This document shows positions 37,410 through 48,733 of a DNA stretch of 64,000 nt, piece after piece (position 1 is the first letter of the stretch; the number at the start of each line of letters is the position of its first letter). This DNA is from Nitrospinales bacterium. GTDB lineage: Bacteria > Nitrospinota > Nitrospinia > Nitrospinales > VA-1. Where the stretch lies: the NCBI GenBank assembly GCA_965223795.1, contig CBDCXL010000002.1, forward strand, positions 1,120,001-1,184,000, in the 5' to 3' direction. The translations under genes were made by a program, and so were the position numbers. The notes beneath the pieces were generated by a model. That model was not told the DNA's origin. It searched no databases and was given only the letters and a program-made list of their open reading frames with translations.

Positions 37410-40400
37410 ATGAAATCCAACCAGGCACGCAGGGACGAAATCCTGCAGGAGTTCGCCGCCTTGGAAGAAGAGGAAACCACCGCTCCCGAAGCCGCCCCGC
37501 CCGATCCGCCGCGAAAAAAATCGCTGGCCCGGCGTCTGTTGCGGTTTTTTTTGTGGACGTTCGGTCTGCTCGTTCTGCTCATCGTGGCGGCGGGGATCGC
37601 GCTGAGTTATTTTTTTCCCTCCGAAAAGATCCGCCCGATCGCCGAGGAAGAGCTGGCGAAGATCCTGCACATGCCGGTGTCGATTGGGTCGGTGGACCTC
37701 AGCCTGCTGCGCGGGCTCGATGTGAAGCAGGTGAAGCTGGGCGGAGACAAGCCGCTGTTCACGCTCGACGCCCTGATTCTCGATTACGATCTCACCCAGC
37801 TTTTGCAGGGCCGGTTCATCATCAATCAGGTGATGGTGGACAAACCGGACATCTATCTCGAATCGGTGGACCGGGTGTGGAATTTCCAGCCGATCCTCGA
37901 AGGCAAGGACGCCTCACCCGAACCTGAGAAAAAGAGCGAAGATGATAAAGAAAGCGAAACAGGAGATGCCGTGGTGCCGCCGTTCGGGGTGGACCTCAAA
38001 CAGTTTCTGATTCGCGACACCCGCCTCACGGTCAACATGGACGGCCACACGCACGCACGCCTCGAAGGACTCAACGTCGAAGCGCAGGGCAAGGTCAATG
38101 AGAGCGAAGTCGATGTGGGCGTGCGCGTGCACCTCACCGGTGTTCCCGGCGGCGGCGCCAACCTCGCCGTCACCTCCACGCAGGAGCCGGGGCTCGATGT
38201 GAAGACGCTGGCGACGACCGATCTCAAGTTCTCGGCCCGGGACCTCAACCGTGTCCACCTCAACGGCACGCTCGGCCTCGAAAACAGCTCGGTGCGCGTG
38301 GGCGAGGCGCTGCCGGCGCCGGATCTCGCCGCCGACATCGAACTCAGCGTCGATCACAAGGCGCAGACGTTGTCTCTGCCGCTGCTCAACCTGACAATCG
38401 ACGAACGCAACCAGGTCCGCCTTTCGGCGCAGGCGGACAAGATCCTCACCGGCCCGGATTTCTCGGCGAAGCTAGAACGCTTTCTGCTGCACCTGGAAGA
38501 TGCGATCGCCTGGGCGGGTGACACGATCCCGCCGGTGACGGCGCGGGGCACGCTCAAGGTGTCCAACGTCGAAGCGATGGGACGGCTGCCAGAATTCAAG
38601 CCGGAATCGCTCAAGCTTGAGGGCGGCACGATCGAACTTGCGGACGTTTCGGCGACCCACGCGCCGTCCAAGGCGAAGGTCGCGGGGCTTAACGCCACGA
38701 TCCTGATCGGCAAAGCTCTCGTCGATCAGGGAGTGCCGCAGAGCGCGTCGGCGGATGTCTCCATCAAGGTAAAGAAAGCCGGGGTGCCGGATTACAGCGT
38801 CGAGGATCTTAAACACACACTCAAACTGGAAGCGAAGGGAGCGAACCTGCCGGAAGCCAGGTTTGAAGTTTCGCTTTCGGCCGACGCCGTAACGGCGTCG
38901 CTGCCCGATCTGGGAACCGTTAAAACGCCGATTGAGCTCAAGGGCTCAGGTGCGGGCCATCTTGAAAAGGGCGACCTCGACGCGCTGTCGCTCGACTATT
39001 CCGCGGGCACCGCCGTGAGCGGATCGGTTGCCGGCACGGCCCGGGATTTCGGCAAGCGTTCGTTTGCGGTGGACAAAAAACTCGATGTCGATTTGAAAGC
39101 GGCGCTCGCCCTGCTGCCCAAGGCCCTTGCCAAGCAAATCAAAGGAACCGTTTATTCGGGGGATGTGTCGGTCGCCGCCAATGTGAAAGGCAAGCTCGAC
39201 GACTCGTTTCAGCCGGTTGCGGCGCAGGGCCACTCGGACATTCAACTCAAGGGTGTGGATGCGGTCTGGAACGAACCCAAGGCTCTCACGAAAGGGCTGT
39301 GGGCGAATGTGGCGCTGCCGATTCAGTTCGACAACAAACGCGGCGTGAAAATTTCCGACCTCAAAATTGAGTCGCGGTTCGCGGAGATCCAGGCGCTCGA
39401 CAACTGGACGGTGGGACCGGCGGAAATCGAGACCGGCCTCAGCATGCGCGGGCATTACGATCTCAAGAAACCCGAAGCCAGACTGCCGGTCACGAACACA
39501 AGCCATGTCTTTCTGGCCCAGGTGCAATCGAAACAACCGGAACTTTCGGTGACGAAGCTGATCGTCGATTCAGAGTTTGCGGGAGATCTTCACGGCAAGG
39601 AAGTGAAGAACGCTTCCGTAAACGGCACGGTTTTGATCGGGGACGTTGCCGGATTGAAGGAAGTCAAAGCCGGGAGGATCGGCACGACGTTCTCGGCGCG
39701 TGTGAACGATCTGTCGCTCACGAAAACCCAGGCTGACGTGAAACTCACAGTGGAAGCGCCGAAGAGCCCACCGAAGGAGGGTCAGTTTGCGCTGGGTCCC
39801 TTGACGTTCGAAAGCACATCGAGTCAGAATTTAAAGAAAGGCGACATTGATATTAAAAAACTCATCCTCAAAGCGCCGGAGCTTGTGGATCTTTCCGTGC
39901 AGGGCAAGCTCAATGACTGGGGCAAGCGCTTCGATGTGCGCACCCAGGTTCCGTTGATGAATCTGACGGCGCTGTTCGACCGGGTGCCGCAGGAACTGCT
40001 CGCGGGTCTTGAGGGCATGGAAGGCCTCGATGTGCAGGGAACCGCGACCCTCGATCTCGATGCCAGAGGGGCACTGCCCAAATCGTTCGAGCTCAAGCAG
40101 GAAGCGCTGCCGGTAACGGCGAAGGCGGTGTTCACGCTGGACGGCGGCGGTGTCGTCCTGCCCGGCCGCGGACTCAGGGTGGAAGGGCTGAATGTTGCCA
40201 CGGACATCGACTTTTTAAAAGGCGACGGCGCGGTATCCGGCGGGCTTTCGGCGGAAAAGCTGTACTACAAGGATGCTCTGGGCGAGAGCTTTTTGAACCC
40301 GCGATTCGACTTCAAATACGCGCTTTCCGATTTCAACAAGTTCACCATCGACGCGCACACGTTCGCCGTTCCCAACCACGGCATCCGGCACACGTTTTCG

Positions 40401-41507
40401 GGCCGGGTGGACGGCCTGAAACCTTTCCTCACCGGCAAGGAACCGCTGCGCGTGGACGCCATCGCCAAACGGCTGGACATTTCGCTTTCGACCAAAAACA
40501 CGCTGCAAACGGAAAAGGCCCTCGCTTCCGATTCGGCGGCGGCGTTGCTGGAAAACTTTCAGGCGGACGGAACGCTGCATTCGCTGCTCACGCTCAAGCT
40601 GACGGCGGATAAGAAATTCGAGGTGGACGGAAATTTCGAGTTCGAAAAATTCAACACGAAAATTCCCGCCGGGGTGGCGGTGAAAAACGTCACCGGGAAA
40701 TTTCCCTTCAACAAGACGCTGCTCCTGGACCGCAGGCGGGTGAGGCCCGAAAGCGAATCGTTCTCCGCGTCGAAGAAAGGCTTCTTCAGCCAGCTGCGCG
40801 ATTTTTCCCGCTACAAGAACAACCTGATGATCGACGCCATCGACATCCAGGGCCAGACCCTCTCAAACATCGGGCTGGACCTGCTGTTCAAGAACAACCA
40901 GCTGCGCGCGGAAAAATTCCTGTTCGACGTGCTGGAAGGATCGGTGGCGGGCAACCTGTTCGTGGCGCAGACGCAGGAAGGCCCGGCGCTGAATTTCTCC
41001 ACCGAATTCGCCGGCCTCAACTTCGGGTCGCTGGTCGGGCGCAGCCGCGCGGAAGAAGCGGCGTTTTCGGAAATCGACGGCAACCTGCAGTTCGACCTCA
41101 AGGTGCAGCAGGGTTCGGGACCGCTCACGCTCGACCAGATCTTCACGAAGGTGGCGATCACGCGCATCGGCGCGGAAACCTTCGACCGGGCGCTTTTGTT
41201 CCTCGACCCGGAAGAAAGCAAACCGGCCATTGTGGACACGCGCGCGAAACTGAAACTGGCCTCGCCACACAAGCTTCTGGTGACGCTGGAAAACGGCAAC
41301 CTCAACGCGGAGGCCTGGCTCAAGAACAAGGTGCTCGGAGACATCATCAAAGCGCCGGAGCTCAAGCGCATCCCCATCAGCAGCCTCAAGCAGTTCCGCA
41401 GCATCAACGATCAGCTGCAGGTGCTGTCGGGTCTGAAAGACGTGCTCAACCTGCTGGCGGCGCGCGGCGTCGAATTCGACGAAGAGGGGAAGCCGGTCTT
41501 TTTCTGA
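37410..41507 (+). CDS. AsmA-like large periplasmic beta protein
   Basis: N-terminal TM anchor then an AsmA/Chorein-N-like region (...VWNF); beta-rich, 1365 aa. Confidence 0.72.
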   Translation: MKSNQARRDEILQEFAALEEEETTAPEAAPPDPPRKKSLARRLLRFFLWTFGLLVLLIVAAGIALSYFFPSEKIRPIAEEELAKILHMPVSIGSVDLSLLRGLDVKQVKLGGDKPLFTLDALILDYDLTQLLQGRFIINQVMVDKPDIYLESVDRVWNFQPILEGKDASPEPEKKSEDDKESETGDAVVPPFGVDLKQFLIRDTRLTVNMDGHTHARLEGLNVEAQGKVNESEVDVGVRVHLTGVPGGGANLAVTSTQEPGLDVKTLATTDLKFSARDLNRVHLNGTLGLENSSVRVGEALPAPDLAADIELSVDHKAQTLSLPLLNLTIDERNQVRLSAQADKILTGPDFSAKLERFLLHLEDAIAWAGDTIPPVTARGTLKVSNVEAMGRLPEFKPESLKLEGGTIELADVSATHAPSKAKVAGLNATILIGKALVDQGVPQSASADVSIKVKKAGVPDYSVEDLKHTLKLEAKGANLPEARFEVSLSADAVTASLPDLGTVKTPIELKGSGAGHLEKGDLDALSLDYSAGTAVSGSVAGTARDFGKRSFAVDKKLDVDLKAALALLPKALAKQIKGTVYSGDVSVAANVKGKLDDSFQPVAAQGHSDIQLKGVDAVWNEPKALTKGLWANVALPIQFDNKRGVKISDLKIESRFAEIQALDNWTVGPAEIETGLSMRGHYDLKKPEARLPVTNTSHVFLAQVQSKQPELSVTKLIVDSEFAGDLHGKEVKNASVNGTVLIGDVAGLKEVKAGRIGTTFSARVNDLSLTKTQADVKLTVEAPKSPPKEGQFALGPLTFESTSSQNLKKGDIDIKKLILKAPELVDLSVQGKLNDWGKRFDVRTQVPLMNLTALFDRVPQELLAGLEGMEGLDVQGTATLDLDARGALPKSFELKQEALPVTAKAVFTLDGGGVVLPGRGLRVEGLNVATDIDFLKGDGAVSGGLSAEKLYYKDALGESFLNPRFDFKYALSDFNKFTIDAHTFAVPNHGIRHTFSGRVDGLKPFLTGKEPLRVDAIAKRLDISLSTKNTLQTEKALASDSAAALLENFQADGTLHSLLTLKLTADKKFEVDGNFEFEKFNTKIPAGVAVKNVTGKFPFNKTLLLDRRRVRPESESFSASKKGFFSQLRDFSRYKNNLMIDAIDIQGQTLSNIGLDLLFKNNQLRAEKFLFDVLEGSVAGNLFVAQTQEGPALNFSTEFAGLNFGSLVGRSRAEEAAFSEIDGNLQFDLKVQQGSGPLTLDQIFTKVAITRIGAETFDRALLFLDPEESKPAIVDTRAKLKLASPHKLLVTLENGNLNAEAWLKNKVLGDIIKAPELKRIPISSLKQFRSINDQLQVLSGLKDVLNLLAARGVEFDEEGKPVFF

Positions 41508-41686
41508 ACGCCGCGCCTGTGAACACCGCGTCCCGGCGCCGCGAACGCACTGTGCAAAACCGGGCTATCTCCGTTATTGGCGGGGTTTTCGCACCCAAGC
41601 GTTTGGTTGACTTTGTCATTGCAGTTTGTTAGCGTACCCCCATTGTCAAACCTTATTGACTTCAACGCTTTCACTCGATCATCGAT

Positions 41687-42739
41687 ATGGCCTGGGACGA
41701 TTTACACGAACCAAAAGGACCCGAAGAACGTTTCCGCGGAGGCGGCGGGGGAGGACAGGAGCCGGGCGGCCGGCCTCCGTTTGAAATCCCGCAGATCAAG
41801 GTCCCGAAATTCAAACCATCCATGTTTCTCGGCATCGTCATCCTCATCCTTCTGGTCTGGATCGTGCCGGGTGTCTTCTATTTTGTGGAACCGGACGAAG
41901 AAGGCGTGGTGACCACGTTCGGGAAATTCTCCCGCACCACCGGTCCGGGACTGCACTTCAAACTGCCCTCCCCCATCGAGCACGCCTCGACGCCCAAGGT
42001 GCGGCTGGTGCGCCGGGAGGAGATCGGATTCCGCGATCCGCCGAACGGCCCGAGGCAGAAGGTGCCGCCGGAGTCGCTCATGCTCACCGGCGACCAGAAC
42101 ATCGTCGACATCAAACTGGTCGTGCAGTACAAGATCGCCGACTCGGTGGCCTACCTGTTCAACGTGAAGCGGCAGCGCAAGATCGTGCGCGACGTCGCGG
42201 AAACGGTGATCCGCGGGATCATCGGCAGCCGCAAGATCGACGACGCGCTGACGACGGGCAAGGCGGACATCCAGATCAAGGCGCAGGAAGCGATTCAATC
42301 CCTGCTCGATAAATACGAAACCGGAATCCAGGTCGTCACGGTGCAGCTGCAGGACGTCGACCCGCCGGAGCAGGTGGCCGCCGCGTTCAAGGACGTGGTG
42401 AGCGCCAAGGAGGATAAGGAGCGGATGATCAACGAAGCCCAGGGCTACCGCAACGCGGTGATCCCGGAGGCGCGCGGTAAGTCGGCGCAGATCGTGCGCG
42501 CGGCGGAAGCCTACCGCGAGGAAATCATCCGCGTCTCCGAGGGTGACGTGAACCGGTTCCTTTCGCAGTTCGAAGAATACAAGAAAGCGCCGGAGATCAC
42601 GCGCAAGCGGATCTATCTTGAGACCATGGAGGAAGTGCTGCCCACCATGCAGAAATTCCTGATGGGGGGTCAGGGCCAGGGGCTGCTCCCCATCCTGCCT
42701 CTGTCCAAAAACCCCGTTCTTCCCGACAACCGAAAGTAG
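41687..42739 (+). CDS. hflK: FtsH modulator HflK
   Basis: MAWD, GVVTTFGK, MLTGDQNIV, AAFKDV, PEITRKRIYLETMEEVL. Confidence 0.95.
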   Translation: MAWDDLHEPKGPEERFRGGGGGGQEPGGRPPFEIPQIKVPKFKPSMFLGIVILILLVWIVPGVFYFVEPDEEGVVTTFGKFSRTTGPGLHFKLPSPIEHASTPKVRLVRREEIGFRDPPNGPRQKVPPESLMLTGDQNIVDIKLVVQYKIADSVAYLFNVKRQRKIVRDVAETVIRGIIGSRKIDDALTTGKADIQIKAQEAIQSLLDKYETGIQVVTVQLQDVDPPEQVAAAFKDVVSAKEDKERMINEAQGYRNAVIPEARGKSAQIVRAAEAYREEIIRVSEGDVNRFLSQFEEYKKAPEITRKRIYLETMEEVLPTMQKFLMGGQGQGLLPILPLSKNPVLPDNRK

Positions 42740-42746
42740 TCCTTAT

Positions 42747-43598
42747 ATGAAGCAGAATGTCATCATCATCCTGGGAATCGTCGTGATCCTGGTGGCCTCG
42801 TCCACGCTGTTCACGGTGCACATGACGCAGAGCGCCATCGTTCTGCAGCTGCAGAAACCGATCAAGACCATCTCGGAACCGGGACTCAATTTCAAGATCC
42901 CGTTCATGCAGCAGGTGCGCTATTTCTCCAACCAGTTGCTGGACCGGGATTCTCCGCCGGCGGAGGTCATCACCAAGGACAAGAAGAACCTGCTGATCGA
43001 CAATTTCACCGTGTGGCGCATCACCGATCCGCTCAAGTTTCTGGAAACGGTGCGCGATGAGCGCGGTGGTGAGTCCCGGCTCGACGACATCCTGTACTCC
43101 GAGCTGCGCGTGGAAATCGGTACGCACGACCTGATCGACGTCGTCACCGAGACCCGCGAAGCCATCATGGAAAAGGTGTCCAAGGAAGCCAACCGCAAAG
43201 CCGCGGAATACGGCATCGAGGTGGTCGAAGTGAGGATCAAGCGCACCGACCTGCCGCCGGAAATCGCCAATTCCATCTACAACCGCATGCGCACGGAGCG
43301 TGAGCGGATCGCCAAGGAGTACCGGTCCGAGGGAAAAGAGGAAGCCACGAAGATCCGCGCCGAAACCGACAAGGAGAGGACCATCCTGATCGCCGAAGCC
43401 TACAAGACCGAACAGGCGGTGCGCGGTGAAGGCGACGCGAAGTCCATCAAGATCTACGCGGATGCGTTCCAGCAGGATCCCGATTTTTACTCCTTCATCC
43501 GGTCCATGGAAGCTTACAAAAACTCCCTGAAAACCGACTCGACCATTCTTCTGTCGGATGACTCGGATTTTCTCAGATTTCTGGAAAAACCGAAATGA
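42747..43598 (+). CDS. hflC: FtsH modulator HflC
   Basis: PGLNFKIPF, TKDKKNLLID, RMRTERERIA, FYSFIRSMEAY. Confidence 0.95.
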   Translation: MKQNVIIILGIVVILVASSTLFTVHMTQSAIVLQLQKPIKTISEPGLNFKIPFMQQVRYFSNQLLDRDSPPAEVITKDKKNLLIDNFTVWRITDPLKFLETVRDERGGESRLDDILYSELRVEIGTHDLIDVVTETREAIMEKVSKEANRKAAEYGIEVVEVRIKRTDLPPEIANSIYNRMRTERERIAKEYRSEGKEEATKIRAETDKERTILIAEAYKTEQAVRGEGDAKSIKIYADAFQQDPDFYSFIRSMEAYKNSLKTDSTILLSDDSDFLRFLEKPK

Positions 43599-43661
43599 TC
43601 CTCCCCCCATTGTTCCGTTCCCGGGAAGCCGCCGGGCATTCCATTCGGATTTGACGGAATC

Positions 43662-45029
43662 ATGAAAATTCTCATCGTCGGTGCGGGCGTCGTGGGGTTC
43701 AACCTGGCCCAGGAGCTGTCCAAGGAAGGCCACGACATCGCCATCATCGATCAGAACACAGAAAAGATCCGCCGCATCGCCGACACGCTCGACGTGCTTT
43801 CGATCAAGGGCAACGCCTGCCTTCCCAGCGTGCTGCTGCAGGGTGGGATCGAATCGATGGAAATGGTGATCGCAGTCACGGACAAGGACGAGATCAACCT
43901 CCTGGTCTGCTTCCTCGCCTCCAAATTCAAAGTCGAAAAACGATTCGCCCGCATCCGCTTTGAAGAGTTTTCCAAGCAGGATGCGATCTTCACGCCTGAA
44001 GAGCTGTGCGTCGATCAGGTCATCAATCCGGGTCAGATCATCGTGGACACGATCACGAAAATCATCAGCACGCCGGGTGTGGTGAACGTGGCCGAATTCG
44101 CCGAGGGCGAGGTGCTTTTGCGCGAATTCGACGTGCCGGAGAACGCGCCGCTGGCGGGAAAAACCATCCAGGAGCTGAGCGGCGTTTCGGCGATGGACTC
44201 GTTTCTCATCGTCGCCATCGTGCGCGAGGGCAAACTGGTCATCCCGCGCGCCGAGGACGTGATTCAGGCGGGCGACAGGATCTACACCATCGTCGACAGG
44301 GAATTCCTGCCGTTTCTGCTTCCCATGCTGAACAAAACCCTGGAGGAAGTCAGCACGGTGGTGATCTACGGCGCCAACCGGATTTCCATCAATCTGGCGA
44401 AGGCGCTGGGCGACACGATTCCGAACCTGTACATCATCGAGCCCTCGCGCGAAAAAGCCAACCAGGCGGCGGAAATGCTTTCGCGCTGCGTGGTGCACCA
44501 CGGCAGCGGCACGGACATGAACCTGTTCAACGACGTCAACATGCGGCAAGCGGATTTTTTTCTCTCGCTTTCCACGGACGACGAAGCCAACATCCTTTCG
44601 GCGCTGCTGGCGAAAAAAAACGGGGCGAAACGCGCGCTGGTGATCACGCACGATCCGGAGTACCTGCCGATCCTCGATTCCATCGGCATGGACGTGACCA
44701 TCAACCCGCGGCTGATCACCGTCAGCGCCATTCTCAAGCACCTGCGCAAGGGCCGGGTCATGTCGGTGTTCAAGCTGATCGAGGACGCGGAGGTGATCGA
44801 GATCGGCATCGATTCGAAATCCTCGGTCATCGGCAAAGCCATCGCCAAGGTGCGCTTTCCCGCGGACGCGATGATCGGGGCGATCTTAAGAAAAGGCGAC
44901 ATGATCGTCCCCAACGGGGACATCCAGTTCGAACAGGGGGATTCGGTCGTGGTGGTGGCGCTTCCGCAGGCCATCGATAAAATCGAGAAAATCTTCGGCG
45001 CCAAAAGAAACTTTCTGCCCTTCCTATGA
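43662..45029 (+). CDS. trkA: Trk K+ uptake NAD-binding subunit
   Basis: MKILIVGAGVVG, two RCK-N/RCK-C pairs, DEIN/DEAN. Confidence 0.95.
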   Translation: MKILIVGAGVVGFNLAQELSKEGHDIAIIDQNTEKIRRIADTLDVLSIKGNACLPSVLLQGGIESMEMVIAVTDKDEINLLVCFLASKFKVEKRFARIRFEEFSKQDAIFTPEELCVDQVINPGQIIVDTITKIISTPGVVNVAEFAEGEVLLREFDVPENAPLAGKTIQELSGVSAMDSFLIVAIVREGKLVIPRAEDVIQAGDRIYTIVDREFLPFLLPMLNKTLEEVSTVVIYGANRISINLAKALGDTIPNLYIIEPSREKANQAAEMLSRCVVHHGSGTDMNLFNDVNMRQADFFLSLSTDDEANILSALLAKKNGAKRALVITHDPEYLPILDSIGMDVTINPRLITVSAILKHLRKGRVMSVFKLIEDAEVIEIGIDSKSSVIGKAIAKVRFPADAMIGAILRKGDMIVPNGDIQFEQGDSVVVVALPQAIDKIEKIFGAKRNFLPFL

Positions 45030-46498
45030 ACATCCAGGCAATCTTCAATGTTGTCGGGGTCCTGCTTCTTCTGCTTTCCGGTCTTCTGCTCGTTCCGGTC
45101 GGCGTTTCGTATTACTACAGCTCTCCCGCTCTGCCCGGACACTTCACCAGCTTTGAGGCGTTTTTAATCACGCTCGCGGCCTCGTTCATCACCGGGCTCG
45201 CGCTCTGGAAGCTGCTTCCCTCCGGTGTGGAAAAGCTGCGCGACCGGGAAGGATTCGCCATCGTGGCGTTCTCCTGGCTGTGCGTCGCCGTGTTCGGTGC
45301 GCTGCCGTTTTTTCTGACCGGAGTCTGTCCGAAATTCATCGATGCGCTTTTCGAAAGCATGAGCGGCTTCACCACCACCGGCGCATCGGTGCTCACGAAT
45401 ATCGAGGCGGCGCCGCGGGAGATCCTGTTCTGGCGGAATCTGACGCAGTGGATCGGCGGCATGGGGATCATCATTCTGTCTCTGGCCATCTTTCCGGTGC
45501 TGGGGATCGGCAGCTTCCACCTGTTCAAGGCGGAGATCCCCGGCGGATCGACGGTGGAGCGCATGCAACCGAGGCTGGCGGAAACCGCCAAGGTGCTGTG
45601 GAAAACCTACATGGTGCTCACGCTGCTGGAAATCGCGATGCTCAAGGCCGGAGGCCTGGGCTGGTTCGACGCCGTCTGCCACACGTTTTCGACGGTGGCG
45701 ACGGGAGGGTTTTCGCCCTACAACGCCAGCATCGGGCATTTCAACAGCGGCTACGTGGAAGCGGTCGTCATCCTGTTCATGTTTCTGGGCGGGGTGAACT
45801 TCGCCCTGCACTATCAACTGGTGGTGCGAAACTTCAAGGCGGTGTTTCACAATCCGGAGTTTCGCATCTATTGCCTGATGCTGGCGGGCGGCATCCTGTT
45901 CGCCGCGCTGGCGCTGCTCAAGACGGGCTCCAAGACCGATCCGGGCGACGCGTTCCGCAGCGCCGCGTTCACGATCGTTTCGATCAATTCCACCACGGGA
46001 TTCGTCACGGACGATTTCAACCAGTGGCCCGACTTTCTCCGGGTGATGATGCTGATGATCATGATGGTGGGCGCGTGCACGGGATCGACCAGCGGTTCGC
46101 TCAAGATCATCCGCTTCATCATCCTGTTCAAGGTGGTGATGCGTGAATTCAGGCGGCTGGTGCACCCGCGCGCGATCTTTCACATCAAGGTGAGCGGCAA
46201 GACGATCGCCCCGGAACACTTGACCAATGTGGTGGCACTGACGCTGATGTTTCTCGGGCTTTCAACGGTGAGTTGTTTTCTTCTGACCCTGATGGGTGTC
46301 GATCTCACAACGGCGTATTCGGCCTCGGTGGCGACGCTGTTCAACATCGGGCCCGGTCTGGGCGAGGTGGGCGCGACGGGAAATTACGCGTCGATTCCCT
46401 TTCTCGGAAAGGCGATCGCCATTTCCTGGATGCTGATGGGGCGGCTGGAGATTTACGGCGTGATGCTCATCTTCCTGCCCTTGACCTGGAAAAAATAA
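45026..46498 (+). CDS. trkH: Trk K+ uptake membrane subunit
   Basis: FESMSGFTTTGA, WIGGMG, STVATGGF, NIGPGLG, MLMGRLE; ATGA overlap with trkA. Confidence 0.95.
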   Translation: MNIQAIFNVVGVLLLLLSGLLLVPVGVSYYYSSPALPGHFTSFEAFLITLAASFITGLALWKLLPSGVEKLRDREGFAIVAFSWLCVAVFGALPFFLTGVCPKFIDALFESMSGFTTTGASVLTNIEAAPREILFWRNLTQWIGGMGIIILSLAIFPVLGIGSFHLFKAEIPGGSTVERMQPRLAETAKVLWKTYMVLTLLEIAMLKAGGLGWFDAVCHTFSTVATGGFSPYNASIGHFNSGYVEAVVILFMFLGGVNFALHYQLVVRNFKAVFHNPEFRIYCLMLAGGILFAALALLKTGSKTDPGDAFRSAAFTIVSINSTTGFVTDDFNQWPDFLRVMMLMIMMVGACTGSTSGSLKIIRFIILFKVVMREFRRLVHPRAIFHIKVSGKTIAPEHLTNVVALTLMFLGLSTVSCFLLTLMGVDLTTAYSASVATLFNIGPGLGEVGATGNYASIPFLGKAIAISWMLMGRLEIYGVMLIFLPLTWKK

Positions 46499-46939
46499 CC
46501 GGCGGCCCTCCCCGCCCCCGCCCGCCCGGTGTTTGCGTCCTCTGCGTCCCGGTTTGCTCAAACCGTTTTGAATGAAGGCCGTCCCCCGGTTTTCCGTGAG
46601 TCCGAAGGTGGGGAAATAACGATTGATTTTGCCCCCTCAATAATTTACTATTCCAAGATTCCCGGCAAAGCAGTCCATTTTTCAACAGTTTTATTGCGTA
46701 AGAACAGCCTTGTTACCGGGATGCCAAACCACTCCTCTGAAAGAGGAACGCTCTGATACAGCCTCCGCAATTCGCGCCGTTTGCATCCCTTTTTATTTTG
46801 CCCGGGGCGGCGGATTTTTTTTGGGGTTTTCTGGGCGTTTCATGCGGTTTGCAGCCTGTGGACGGTCCGCGACGGCGTGCTATGAGCCGGCCGGGGACGA
46901 TGAACTGAATTCAGACTCGATAACATAAAGGATGCGACG

Positions 46940-48733
46940 ATGGCAGACGCACCCCGCCCGATTAAAATAACCGATGTCATTTTAAGAGACGCTCATCAAT
47001 CCCTGCTCGCCACGCGGATGAAAACGGAAGACATGCTCCCCATCGCCGGGAAACTCGACCAGGTCGGGTTCTTCTCTTTGGAGATGTGGGGCGGCGCGAC
47101 GTTCGACTCCTGCATCCGTTTTCTCAACGAAGACCCGTGGGACCGGATCCGCAAGCTCAAGCAGAAGATTCCCAACACGCCGTTCCAGATGCTGCTTCGC
47201 GGCCAGAACTGCGTGGGCTACCGGCACTACGCCGACGACATCGTCGAACGCTTCGTGAAACATTCGGCCGACGAGGGCATCAACATCTTCCGCATTTTCG
47301 ATGCGCTCAACGACTTCAGAAACATCGAGACCGCGGTCAATACGGTGAAAAAATGCGGTGAGACGGTGGAAGGCACGATCAGCTACACGGTGAGCCCGGT
47401 GCACAACATCGAGCTTTACCTCAAGATGGCGAAGGACCTTGAGAACATGGGATCGGACATCCTGTGCATCAAGGACATGGCTGGCCTGCTGACGCCCTCG
47501 GTCACGCGCGAGCTGATCAGCGAGATCAAGAAAAACGTCAACCTGCCGATCCACCTGCACACGCATTCGACCACCGGCCTTGCAGGCATGAACATCCAGT
47601 GCGCCATCGACGCGGGCGTGGACATGGTGGACACGGCGATCTCGAGCATGTCCATGGGCACGTCGCATTATCCGACAGAGAGCCTGGTGGCGGCGCTCAA
47701 AGGCACCCCCTATGACACCGGTCTGGACCTGAACCTTCTGGAAGAAATCGCCGACTACTTCACGGAAGTGCGAAAAAATTACGCGCAGTTTGAAAGCGAC
47801 TTCAAGGGCGTGGACGTGAACATCCTCGATTCGCAGATCCCCGGCGGCATGATCTCCAATATGGAAAACCAGCTCAAGGAGCAGAACGCCATCGACAAGC
47901 TGGATGAGGTGTTGAAGGAGGTGCCGCGCGTCCGCAAGGACATGGGCTACCCGCCTCTGGTCACGCCCACCAGCCAGATCGTGGGATCGCAGGCGACGCT
48001 GAACGTGCTGACCGGCGAACGCTACAAGATCATCACCAAGGAAACGCGGGAATGCGTCCTCGGTAAATACGGGCGGCTTCCCGGCCCTCTTGACGAGGAT
48101 CTTCTGGCGAAGGTTTCGGAAAATGAAAAGGTGATCGACTGCCGGCCGGCGGATCTTCTGAAGCCCGAATGGGAAGGCGTGGTCAAGGATCTTGGCGACA
48201 AATACACTTCCGAAGAGGACCGGCTTTCCTACGCTTTGTTCCCCAAGGTGGCGATCAAGTTTTTCGAAACCAGGGGCAAACCGCAGCCGGAATCCCCCGC
48301 TCCCAAAGCCGCCGCCAAGGCCGCCGCGGCGGCACCGGCGGCAGCTCAACCGGCTGCGGCCATTGCGGGCGCCACCTCCTTCAATGTGAAAGTCAACGGA
48401 CGGGACTATTTCGTCGAGGTGAGCCACGGCGGCGCCGCAGCACCCGCCGCCCAGCAGGCTTCGGCCCCGCCTCCGGCGCCCGCTCCGGCACCTGCCGCAG
48501 CACCGGCGCAAGCCACCGCGGGCCAGGCCGTCACCGCGCCGCTTCCCGGTTCGGTGTTCTCCATCAAATGCAGCGTCGGCGATACGGTCACGGAAAGCGA
48601 CACGGTGATCGTGCTCGAATCCATGAAGATGGAGTCCGAGGTCAAATCCTCGGTGAGCGGGACCGTGAAGTCCATCCTGGTCAAGGAAGGGGACAAAGTG
48701 CAAACCGGTGACGAGTTGGTGATCGTAGGCTGA
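46940..48733 (+). CDS. oadA: Oxaloacetate decarboxylase alpha subunit (carboxyltransferase plus biotin carrier)
   Basis: [42 protein letters not shown], Ala/Pro linker, ESMKM biotinylation site. Confidence 0.9.
   Translation: MADAPRPIKITDVILRDAHQSLLATRMKTEDMLPIAGKLDQVGFFSLEMWGGATFDSCIRFLNEDPWDRIRKLKQKIPNTPFQMLLRGQNCVGYRHYADDIVERFVKHSADEGINIFRIFDALNDFRNIETAVNTVKKCGETVEGTISYTVSPVHNIELYLKMAKDLENMGSDILCIKDMAGLLTPSVTRELISEIKKNVNLPIHLHTHSTTGLAGMNIQCAIDAGVDMVDTAISSMSMGTSHYPTESLVAALKGTPYDTGLDLNLLEEIADYFTEVRKNYAQFESDFKGVDVNILDSQIPGGMISNMENQLKEQNAIDKLDEVLKEVPRVRKDMGYPPLVTPTSQIVGSQATLNVLTGERYKIITKETRECVLGKYGRLPGPLDEDLLAKVSENEKVIDCRPADLLKPEWEGVVKDLGDKYTSEEDRLSYALFPKVAIKFFETRGKPQPESPAPKAAAKAAAAAPAAAQPAAAIAGATSFNVKVNGRDYFVEVSHGGAAAPAAQQASAPPPAPAPAPAAAPAQATAGQAVTAPLPGSVFSIKCSVGDTVTESDTVIVLESMKMESEVKSSVSGTVKSILVKEGDKVQTGDELVIVG

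Noticed and set aside
48280..48540. GC-rich low-complexity repeats in oadA
   Set aside because: They encode the ordinary Ala/Pro linkers of biotin-carrier proteins.
48613..48633. ESMKM instead of EAMKM at the OadA biotin site as a sign of inactivity
   Set aside because: The MKM core is intact and SMKM is a common functional variant.
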